Made by a program: the position numbers and the translations under genes
Part shown: one piece after another, positions 25,949 through 33,290 of the stretch
How positions within the stretch are numbered: position 1 is the stretch's first letter
How the letters are laid out: every line of letters starts with the position of its first letter
DNA from: Clostridiales bacterium
GTDB taxonomy: Bacteria; Bacillota; Clostridia; Lachnospirales; WRAX01
Reading direction: 5' to 3'
Assembly: GCA_031277225.1 (NCBI GenBank)
Contig: JAITMQ010000003.1
Location: 1 to 52,916, forward strand
DNA: 52,916 nucleotides
The notes under the pieces: model-generated
Told to the model about the DNA's origin: nothing
Databases searched by the model: none
Seen by the model: the letters and a program-made list of their open reading frames with translations, nothing else

Positions 25949-26123
25949 TTTTATCATATCCTCCCACTTCAGGCATGGCCTTGCAATAAATATCATCAAG
26001 CACCACGCAAATTTCCTCATGTGCGCAACGTTGCATTTCCCCATAAAACGTAATAAACATCTCCATCTGTCCCTTGGTCATTGTGTCAATAATAGCATAA
26101 CATCTTTCTTGTAAAGTCATCAT
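25941..26123 (-). CDS. 60-aa hypothetical protein, third gene of the relE cassette
   Basis: ATG 26123 follows GAGGTGA. The 3' end overlaps the beta-subunit start by 8 nt. It begins MMTLQERCYAIIDTMTKGQMEMF. No family was recognised. Confidence 0.4.
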   Translation of the reverse strand: MMTLQERCYAIIDTMTKGQMEMFITFYGEMQRCAHEEICVVLDDIYCKAMPEVGGYDKNG

Positions 26124-26142
26124 ATCACCTCGGTATCTTTCG

Positions 26143-26388
26143 CTATTTCCTATATGCGTCGCCTCTATTGTCGATTTCCACAACCAAAATGCCATAATCT
26201 TGGTATACCCAAACGATTCGCCAACCTCCGACACGAAGACGAAACTTCCCCTTGAAGCCTGTCAAAGGCACATTATCCCCTTGCGGCAACTTAAAAATTG
26301 CTTTTGCAAGCCTTGATTTTTGCTTTAATGGCAAGCGGTCGAGGAATTTTTCTACGCTTTTATGCAATTCAATCTTCATCTTCGTCAT
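26143..26388 (-). CDS. relE: RelE/ParE-family toxin
   Basis: KIELHKSVEKFLDRLPLKQKSRLAKAIFKL...LTGFKGKFRLRVGGWRIVWVYQDYGILVVEIDNRGDAY is the canonical RelE/StbE pattern. Confidence 0.85.
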   Translation of the reverse strand: MTKMKIELHKSVEKFLDRLPLKQKSRLAKAIFKLPQGDNVPLTGFKGKFRLRVGGWRIVWVYQDYGILVVEIDNRGDAYRK

Positions 26389-26608
26389 CTCCCGCCTCTA
26401 AGTCTATGCCCCATTTCGCGGCATAATCTTCAACGGAAATACCTCGCTCATATTTGTCGGGCCGTTTTTCGTGCCTGGCAAGCATGGAAAGGCAAAAAGC
26501 CATGTCAAGCCTGTCTTCCGACTCCATGTCTGCGAGTTTGCGCTCTAAAAATTTGTCTGCAGGTATTAAAGCCTGCGGAGCTTTGATAAGCATTACGCCA
26601 CTTTCCAT
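26369..26608 (-). CDS. Putative antitoxin (acidic C-terminus) upstream of relE
   Basis: It overlaps relE by 20 nt. ATG 26608 overlaps the alpha-subunit TGA as TGATG. It has an acidic tail, GDDEDED. Confidence 0.55.
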   Translation of the reverse strand: MESGVMLIKAPQALIPADKFLERKLADMESEDRLDMAFCLSMLARHEKRPDKYERGISVEDYAAKWGIDLEAGDDEDED

Positions 26609-27657
26609 CAAATCACCTCAATAACTTTTTCTGCGATTTCTTCCGGCTCAAAAATCATTCCCCCGGTGCGGCCGTAGAAATGCACGGGGATTTTGCCCGC
26701 CACGCCAAGCCTTACATCTTCCACCATTTGACCCATGCTAAGCTCGCAAACCACGACATTTTTCACAGAAGCGGGCAAATTTTGGAAACTTTCGTATGGG
26801 AAGGGCCAAAGCGTAATCGGCCGAACAAGCCCCGCCTTAATCCCCTTAGACTTTAGGATTTCAATTGAATTCAAAACTATACGCGCAGGCGTGCCATAAG
26901 CCACCAAAGCAACTTCGTCGCCGTCCGTAACGCGATTGTCGACCATAATCTCCTTCGCCCGAATGATTTCATAGGTAGCAAAACGCCGCAAATTCATCTC
27001 TTCCAATGCTTCAGCCTTAAGACTAAGCGAATTAGCAATATTCCGCCGCCCACGCCCACTATCGCCATTAGCCGCCCAACACTTCTCATTATTCATTATT
27101 AATTCTTCATTATTAATTGGCAAAACCGGCTCCATCATCTGCCCAAGCATCCCATCCGCCAGCACCATAACCGGTGTGCGATAAAGGTCAGCCACATTGA
27201 AGGCCTTATAGACCAAATCCATGGCTTCCTGTATGCTAAACGGCGCGTAAACGGGCAAATAATAGTCGCCATTGCCGCCGCCTCTTGTGGCCTGAAAATA
27301 GTCGCCTTGCGCGGGCAAAATTCCGCCAAGGCCCGGCCCTGCGCGCGACACGGAAACGATGACGCAGGGCAAATCCGCCCCCGCCATATATGAAATGCCC
27401 TCTTGTTTAAGCGCGATTCCGGGGCTGGAGGACGAAGTCATTGTCCGCACGCCCGTGGCCGCCGCGCCATAGGCCATATTAACGGCCGCAACCTCGCTTT
27501 CGGCCTGCACAAAAACCCCGCCGACCGCCGGCATTTTGGTTACCATATACTCAACAATTTCATTTTGCGGCGTTATGGGATAGCCGAAAAACGCCCGACA
27601 ACCCGCGGCAATGGCCGCCGCCGCAATGGCCTCATTGCCCTTCATTAAAATTTTCAT
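26608..27657 (-). CDS. 2-oxoacid:ferredoxin oxidoreductase, alpha subunit
   Basis: MKGNEAIAAAAIAAGCRAFFGYPITPQNEI...QAESEVAAVNMAYGAAATGVR is the typical POR/KOR/VOR alpha-subunit pattern. Confidence 0.92.
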   Translation of the reverse strand: MKILMKGNEAIAAAAIAAGCRAFFGYPITPQNEIVEYMVTKMPAVGGVFVQAESEVAAVNMAYGAAATGVRTMTSSSSPGIALKQEGISYMAGADLPCVIVSVSRAGPGLGGILPAQGDYFQATRGGGNGDYYLPVYAPFSIQEAMDLVYKAFNVADLYRTPVMVLADGMLGQMMEPVLPINNEELIMNNEKCWAANGDSGRGRRNIANSLSLKAEALEEMNLRRFATYEIIRAKEIMVDNRVTDGDEVALVAYGTPARIVLNSIEILKSKGIKAGLVRPITLWPFPYESFQNLPASVKNVVVCELSMGQMVEDVRLGVAGKIPVHFYGRTGGMIFEPEEIAEKVIEVI

Positions 27658-27707
27658 GAATTATCACCCTCTGTAATTTCTTTATTTGATGCCTTTTCCT
27701 GCGAAGA

Positions 27708-27914
27708 TTAAGCCGCCTTTTTGACAGCGATAACAGAATCCGGGCAAATCCAATTGCAAACCCCACAGGAGATGCATTTGTCCGCATCGGTGCAGACCAT
27801 GGGATTATAACCCTTCGCATTTACACGCGTGGCGTCAAGGTGCAGGATTTTTTTGGGGCAGACCCAAGCGCAAAGGTCGCAGCCCTTGCATAAATCTTCG
27901 TTAAAAATAACCAT
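27708..27914 (-). CDS. 4Fe-4S dicluster ferredoxin (delta subunit)
   Basis: Two CxxCxxCxxxCP motifs are present: CKGCDLCAWVCP and CISCGVCNWICP. Confidence 0.9.
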   Translation of the reverse strand: MVIFNEDLCKGCDLCAWVCPKKILHLDATRVNAKGYNPMVCTDADKCISCGVCNWICPDSVIAVKKAA

Positions 27915-27927
27915 AATCTCACTCTCC

Positions 27928-28578
27928 TTATTGCCAATCTTCCCTCATTTGCAACTTGCTAAATGTCAAAACTTCTTCCGATTGTATTTCATTGCCAATT
28001 TGCGCATAAATATCCTCACGAACCAGAGTATACCGCAGCGGCAGCCCCAAGGACAATATCGCCTCCTGCGAGGCCAACACATGTTCTGCCGTGGTTTCAT
28101 GCAGCATATGGCCGTTATTCACCAATCCCGTCAGCGGAATTTGGGTTTGCATATTGATAGACCGCAGATATTCCGCCATTTTCGCCGCAGAAGCGGTTTC
28201 CGGGCGAAATAGATTGAGGACACACAAAAATTCATAGGCAGGCGCGCTTAAAATTGCATCATAGCAAGACGCAAGTAGGCGTAGACCTATATGGCCGCCA
28301 CCTAGGTCAATTATTACATTTTCACCCGCGCGCACCTTGGACAAAAAGGCAAAACTTGCGGCGGGCAGGTCTTGCCCCGTATTCCCCTGCAAATGGTCGC
28401 TCATTAGGGTAATCCCGCGGGAGGCCAGCCGCGTGGCCGCCTCCCGCGAGCGGAAGTAGGGGTTGATTACGTCTAAGTCGGCTATAGATATTGCGCCTTG
28501 CTTCGCAAGAGCTAAGGCAAGGTTTACGCTAAATTCCGTCTTTCCGCTTCCGAAATAGCCCGTGATAATATGGGTCAT
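27928..28578 (-). CDS. P-loop NTPase, conserved hypothetical
   Basis: ATG 28578 lies 1 nt after the dehydrogenase stop. A Walker A motif is present (GYFGSGKTEF). Confidence 0.7.
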   Translation of the reverse strand: MTHIITGYFGSGKTEFSVNLALALAKQGAISIADLDVINPYFRSREAATRLASRGITLMSDHLQGNTGQDLPAASFAFLSKVRAGENVIIDLGGGHIGLRLLASCYDAILSAPAYEFLCVLNLFRPETASAAKMAEYLRSINMQTQIPLTGLVNNGHMLHETTAEHVLASQEAILSLGLPLRYTLVREDIYAQIGNEIQSEEVLTFSKLQMREDWQ

Positions 28579-28579
28579 A

Positions 28580-29665
28580 TTAAGCCTTAGTCCAAATGGA
28601 CTTAATTGTGCGCACGGCCTCAAGACGGTCTTCAGCCAGCCTGTCCGCCACTTCATAGGTCAAACGACCCGATTCGTCCGAAATCTTTAAAATATCGCGC
28701 ATTCTGTAATAAATGCCGTCAATATCGCGAAGCGCGGCCTCTTCATTATAGCCGAATTCGGCGCGCTCGTAAGAAACATTAATAACCCCGCCCGCATTTG
28801 CCAAATAGTCGGGCGCGTAAATTATGCCGCGCTCTTGCAAAGCCTTGCCGTGAATGGCGGGCTTGTGCAGCTGATTATTCGCGCCGCCGCAAACAATTTT
28901 GGATTTAAGTAGCGGAATTGTGGAGTCATTTATAGTTGAACCCAAAGCGCATGGCGCGTAAATATCACATTCCACGCTGTAAATATCGTCGGGCGCAACA
29001 ACTTCCGCGCCAAATTCTTCAACCGCCCTGTCAAGATTCGCTTGATTAACATCGGCAATAATCAGCTTTGCGCCGTCTTCATGCAAAAGCTTACAAAGAT
29101 GATAACCCACATTGCCCACGCCTTGAACGGCAATAACCTTGCCTTCAACCGACCTGTCGCCATAGACATGTCTGCAACAGGCCAAAATCGACTTAAACAC
29201 GCCGCGCGCGGTATAAGGCGAGGGGTCGCCGCTGCGTCCGGGAAGGCCTACAACATGGTTTGTTTCCATGTGAATATAGACCATGTCCTGCGTCGTTGTG
29301 CCGACGTCCTCGGCGGTGATATATCTGCCGCCAAGCCCTTCAAGATAACGCCCGAAGGCGCGCCAAAATGCCTCGCGCTTGATTGGGTCTTTGCGCAAAA
29401 CCTTGGGGTCGCCGATAATTACGCTTTTGCCGCCGCCAAGGGCCAGACCCGCCAGCGCAGACTTATAAGTCATGCCGCGCGCAAGGCGAAGCGCGTCTTC
29501 AACGGCCGCCTCCTCGTCCTCATAAACCCAAAAACGACTTCCGCCTAAGGCCGGGCCCAAAACGGTGTTGTGAATGGCCGTAATGGCCTTAAGCCCCGTT
29601 GACTTGTCCTGAAAAAAGCAAAGCTGTTCAAAGCCATACCTCTCCATATAACCGAATTTGTCCAT
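28580..29665 (-). CDS. Leucine (branched-chain amino acid) dehydrogenase, Glu/Leu/Phe/Val dehydrogenase family
   Basis: [10 protein letters not shown]...[22 protein letters not shown] contains the catalytic Lys motif. A Rossmann motif follows (VQGVGNVG). Confidence 0.9.
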   Translation of the reverse strand: MDKFGYMERYGFEQLCFFQDKSTGLKAITAIHNTVLGPALGGSRFWVYEDEEAAVEDALRLARGMTYKSALAGLALGGGKSVIIGDPKVLRKDPIKREAFWRAFGRYLEGLGGRYITAEDVGTTTQDMVYIHMETNHVVGLPGRSGDPSPYTARGVFKSILACCRHVYGDRSVEGKVIAVQGVGNVGYHLCKLLHEDGAKLIIADVNQANLDRAVEEFGAEVVAPDDIYSVECDIYAPCALGSTINDSTIPLLKSKIVCGGANNQLHKPAIHGKALQERGIIYAPDYLANAGGVINVSYERAEFGYNEEAALRDIDGIYYRMRDILKISDESGRLTYEVADRLAEDRLEAVRTIKSIWTKA

Positions 29666-29749
29666 AAAATCTCCTCCTAAAATTAGTTATTGTTTATATT
29701 CTGTTCATTGATACCCGGCGGAAAGTTCTTTTCGCCTTGATTCTATATA

Positions 29750-30106
29750 CTAGAGTGCGAATTCGACGAGATAGCTGTCGCCGACGGTTTGGCCGCCTAT
29801 TGTAACCGTGCCGAGAGAATAAGTGCTTGTGCCGAAGGGCGCGCGGCAATGTATGACATTTTGGTTGTCGATATTCGTGAAGGTAAAGCCATGGCGGCCT
29901 GTGGTGGGCGGTCTGTCCGCTTCCAAATAAATGCCATGCGTTCCGTCTTCATGAAAATGCACAATGTCGCCGCTTGTAAGGCTTGCGCGCTCCGTCCCGA
30001 CTATATCCCTAATAAAATCAACGACAAAAAACGCCCCAAACCCAACAGTTCCCAAAAGCAAAACGCCCGCAAGAATCGCCAATAATAATAAATTCTTCCC
30101 CTTCAT
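29750..30106 (-). CDS. Membrane-anchored hypothetical protein (118 aa)
   Basis: N-terminal TM segment LLLLAILAGVLLLGTVGFGAFFVV. No family was recognised. Confidence 0.5.
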   Translation of the reverse strand: MKGKNLLLLAILAGVLLLGTVGFGAFFVVDFIRDIVGTERASLTSGDIVHFHEDGTHGIYLEADRPPTTGRHGFTFTNIDNQNVIHCRAPFGTSTYSLGTVTIGGQTVGDSYLVEFAL

Positions 30107-30172
30107 GAAAGCCTCCTAACTCATTTATTTCTGCAAGGTCTGCTCTCGCTCCTGCCGAATAAATTATTTTAT

Positions 30173-30361
30173 TCATGGAGATAACCCCAGGCTTTTCTTA
30201 ACCTCATCAGCCGTAAACCAACCATGCTCCTCGCCGCTTTTTCTGCCCTTTTCAAGTTCTGCCATAAGCCATGCAATGGCTCGCTCTCTATCATGCTCCC
30301 CAACGCTTAGTGCGGCATAATCGCGATTTTTCAAGCCGGGCATACTTTTTGTTGTTGTCAT
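30173..30361 (-). CDS. 62-aa antitoxin-like orphan ORF
   Basis: The C-terminal ELEKGRKSGEEHGWFTADEVKKSLGL resembles the tails of RHH/ParD-type antitoxins. No adjacent toxin gene is present. Confidence 0.4.
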   Translation of the reverse strand: MTTTKSMPGLKNRDYAALSVGEHDRERAIAWLMAELEKGRKSGEEHGWFTADEVKKSLGLSP

Positions 30362-30397
30362 TTAATCAACTCCTCAATTGAAGTAAGTTTTTGTCTT

Positions 30398-31474
30398 TTA
30401 CTCATCGGCCAAACCCTCATAGATTTTGGCTTCCTCCTCACCGCGCAACACACGCAGCGCGCCGCCTGCGAGGGCCGCCAGCTCATCCTCGCCGGGATAG
30501 ATATGCACGGGGGCTATAAAGCTTATTCTGCGGGCAACTTCGTCGGTTATGGGTTTTGCGCGGGCAATGCCGCCGGTTAGCAGAATGGCCTCAACCTGCC
30601 CCGCCGCCGAGGCGGCCATGGTCGCAATTTCTTTGGCAATTTGCAGGGCCATGGCTTCCATTACAAGCTTCACTTCGGGCTCATTTTTGGCGCGGTTTTC
30701 AATGTCAAGCATGGAATTTGTGCCAAAATAGGCCGCCATGCCGCCTTTACCAACCAACATGGCCTTCACCTCGTCATGGCTATAATCGCCGCTAAAGCAT
30801 AACGCCGCCAAATCGCCCGCGGGCAGGCCGCCGCTGCGCTCCGGCGTGAAGGGGCCGCAGCCGCCAAGAGCGTTATTTGTGTCAATTGCGCGGCCATTTG
30901 AGTGCAGAGCAACGGAAATTCCGCCGCCCATATGCACAACAATTAAATTCACCTCATTGTATTTTTTGCCGCGCTCTGCGCAATATTTGCGGGCGGTTGC
31001 CTTATGGTTCAGCGCGTGAAAAACCGAGCGGCGCGCAAGTTTCGGATGGCCGCTTATGCGGAAAATGTCCTCCATTTCGTCAACCACCACGGGGTCAACA
31101 ATATAGGCCGGAATTGAGGCGGCGTCGGCCAAAGCACGCGCTATAAGGCCGCCCAAATTCGAGGCGTGTTCGCCGTATTTGCCGGATTTTAAATCCGCTA
31201 CCATGGTGTCATTCACCAAATATGTTCCGCCGTCTAAGGGGGCCAAAAGGCCGCCCATGCCTACGACGGAAGAAAGTTCTTCCGGCTTGATGCCGCGATT
31301 TTCTAATTCCTTCGCGATAATTTGCATACGAAAATCGTATTGATTGGCGACCGCGCCAAAGGGGGCGAGTTCTGACATTTCATGCCGCAAAGTATGCTCA
31401 AAAACCAGGGCCTCGCCGTCATAAAGCCCCATCTTAGTAGATGTAGAACCGGGATTAACAATCAAAATCTTCAT
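30398..31474 (-). CDS. buk: Butyrate (branched-chain fatty acid) kinase
   Basis: MKILIVNPGSTSTK and VHMGGGISV, in the acetate/butyrate kinase family. An RBS AAGGAGA precedes the start. Confidence 0.95.
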   Translation of the reverse strand: MKILIVNPGSTSTKMGLYDGEALVFEHTLRHEMSELAPFGAVANQYDFRMQIIAKELENRGIKPEELSSVVGMGGLLAPLDGGTYLVNDTMVADLKSGKYGEHASNLGGLIARALADAASIPAYIVDPVVVDEMEDIFRISGHPKLARRSVFHALNHKATARKYCAERGKKYNEVNLIVVHMGGGISVALHSNGRAIDTNNALGGCGPFTPERSGGLPAGDLAALCFSGDYSHDEVKAMLVGKGGMAAYFGTNSMLDIENRAKNEPEVKLVMEAMALQIAKEIATMAASAAGQVEAILLTGGIARAKPITDEVARRISFIAPVHIYPGEDELAALAGGALRVLRGEEEAKIYEGLADE

Positions 31475-31488
31475 AAATTCTCCTTTAT

Positions 31489-31737
31489 CTAGGCTATCGC
31501 CATTTCGCGCACAGGCACTTGAGAATGCATTTCTTCTTCTCTTTTGGCCTCACAAAAATCAATCCAGCTTTCAACAGCTCTTGCAAAATCTGCTTTCAAT
31601 TCGCCCAAGCTTGTTCCGTCGTACATAAATAGGCCGTGAATGCCTAATATTTCGCCGTGCAAAAGGTCGTCGGGTGCAGAATATTCAACCGAACCGTAAA
31701 AACCTTTGTATTCCAAGCAGCTATCTTTGTCAATCAT
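31489..31737 (-). CDS. hicB: HicB-family antitoxin-like protein, copy 2
   Basis: CLEYKGFYGSVEYSAPDDLLHGEILGIHGLFMYDGTSLGELKADFARAVESWIDFC. It is a paralog of 31765..32013 at a 276-nt period. No C-terminal DNA-binding domain is present. Confidence 0.78.
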   Translation of the reverse strand: MIDKDSCLEYKGFYGSVEYSAPDDLLHGEILGIHGLFMYDGTSLGELKADFARAVESWIDFCEAKREEEMHSQVPVREMAIA

Positions 31738-31764
31738 ATTTAACCCCCCTAAAACAACACGAAC

Positions 31765-32013
31765 TTAGGCTATCGCCATTTCGCGCACAGGGGCGTGGGA
31801 TTGCATTTCTTCTTCCCTCTCGGCCTCGCAAAAATCAAGCCAACGCTCAACTGTATCTGCGAATTCTTTTTTTAGTTCGTCCAAGGACGTGCCGTCATAC
31901 ATAAACAATCCGTGAATGTCTAAGATTTTGCCATATAGCAAGTCATCGGGTGCGGAATATGCAACCGAACCGTAAAAGCCCCTATACTCTAAGCATCTGT
32001 CTTTGTCAATCAT
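31765..32013 (-). CDS. hicB: HicB-family antitoxin-like protein, copy 1
   Basis: Same pattern as copy 2. It shares an ATGA start/stop overlap with hicA. Confidence 0.8.
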   Translation of the reverse strand: MIDKDRCLEYRGFYGSVAYSAPDDLLYGKILDIHGLFMYDGTSLDELKKEFADTVERWLDFCEAEREEEMQSHAPVREMAIA

Positions 32014-32270
32014 ATTAAACCCTCGCTTTCCAGAATCATTAAAATTTCATCAATTTGATACCTGAGCAGCACTTTGCTCCTACCATGAGGCCTATGCAAT
32101 TCTATAGGTCTTGCCCCTCCTTCACGCTTATATGCAAGTTTAGAGCCGCTTGTTCTGCCTTTGTTAAAGCGTCTGTAACCCAGCGACAAAATCAAAGTTT
32201 CAATCTCGCTTAAAGTCATGTCTTTAGGTCTGGACTTCAGTCTGCTAATAAGCTTCTGCCTTTTACTCAT
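32010..32270 (-). CDS. hicA: HicA-family toxin (YcfA-like mRNA interferase)
   Basis: LSEIETLILSLGYRRFNKGRTSGSKLAYKR...IELHRPHGRSKVLLRYQIDEILMILE. ATG 32270 lies 13 nt after the ptb stop. Confidence 0.8.
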   Translation of the reverse strand: MSKRQKLISRLKSRPKDMTLSEIETLILSLGYRRFNKGRTSGSKLAYKREGGARPIELHRPHGRSKVLLRYQIDEILMILESEGLI

Positions 32271-32283
32271 AGATTGAACCCCC

Positions 32284-33189
32284 CTAAAACAAAACCGACA
32301 GCGCAATCGAAATCAGCTTACTTTCCGCCGAATCTGCGCGGGAGGTCAGGATTATCGGGCGTTTTGCGCCCAAAACCACGCCGCCGTTTTTTGCCTTAGT
32401 AATGAAGGACAGCGATTTATAGAGGATATTGCCCGCCTCGATATTGGGGCAGAACAGAATGTCGGCATCCCCGCCAACGGGCGAATTTATGCCCTTAATT
32501 TCGCAGGCCTCAACCGACACGGCATTATCCAAAGCCAGCGGCCCGTCGACAATGCAATTTTGCATCCTTTCGCCGGACTTGTGCAGGGCCACAATTTGGG
32601 CATATTCCTGCGTTATGGGCATTTTGTCGTCAACTTTTTCCTTGGCGGCCAAAAGCGCGACTTTAGGGAGATTTATGCCCATATTCCGCAGGGCATCCAC
32701 GGTATTTTCAATAATGTCAATTTTTGTATCAAAGTCGGGGGCGATATTTACGGCGCAGTCTGCGGCAAATAGCAGTTTATGGTAATTTGGCGTTTCAAAA
32801 ACCGCCACATGGCTTAGCTTTTTGCCGGCACGAATCCCCGTTTCACGGCATAAAACGGCCCTCATTATTGTGGAAGTTTCCGTGTCGCCTTTCATTAAAG
32901 CCGTGGCGCGCCCGGACTTAACAAGCTCTACAGCCGCCTGACAAGCCGCGAATTCATCGGCTTCGTCCACAATTTCAAAATTGTCAATATTAATATTCAT
33001 TTCCTTCGCCAGGGCAAAAATTTTGCTTGCATCGCCCACCAAAATCATGGACGCAATGCCCTGTCCGACGGCCTCCGCAGCCATTTCCAAAATATGGGCG
33101 GAATCCGCCGCAGCCACAGCCACCGTAGACTTTTTTTCCTTTGCCAACCGAAAAACCTCATCAAAATTTTTGATAATATCACCCCTCAA
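32284..33189 (-). CDS. ptb: Phosphate butyryltransferase
   Basis: FDEVFRLAKEKKSTVAVAAADSAHILE...LVGD...MKGDTETS belongs to the phosphate acetyl/butyryl transferase family. The start codon appears to be non-ATG (TTG 33189), so the start is uncertain. Confidence 0.9.
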   Translation of the reverse strand: MRGDIIKNFDEVFRLAKEKKSTVAVAAADSAHILEMAAEAVGQGIASMILVGDASKIFALAKEMNINIDNFEIVDEADEFAACQAAVELVKSGRATALMKGDTETSTIMRAVLCRETGIRAGKKLSHVAVFETPNYHKLLFAADCAVNIAPDFDTKIDIIENTVDALRNMGINLPKVALLAAKEKVDDKMPITQEYAQIVALHKSGERMQNCIVDGPLALDNAVSVEACEIKGINSPVGGDADILFCPNIEAGNILYKSLSFITKAKNGGVVLGAKRPIILTSRADSAESKLISIALSVLF

Positions 33190-33234
33190 CTTTTGTATAT
33201 CTTAGTATATCACAAGGTTTTGCTTTGCACAAGA

Positions 33235-33263
33235 TTGACTTTTGCCATTCATTGTGTTATGAT
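33235..33263 (+). promoter_or_regulatory. Sigma-A promoter of polA
   Basis: TTGACT (33235-33240), a 17-nt spacer, then TATGAT (33258-33263) with TGn. Confidence 0.6.
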
Positions 33264-33290
33264 GATGGGATAGGCTTAGGAGGTATACTT

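Noticed and set aside
33181-33189. Apparent non-ATG (TTG) start of ptb without a convincing RBS, considered as a possible annotation or biology oddity.
   Set aside because: Alternative in-frame starts cannot be resolved by eye. The conserved Ptb N-terminal region begins within a few codons, so this is most likely just start-codon uncertainty.
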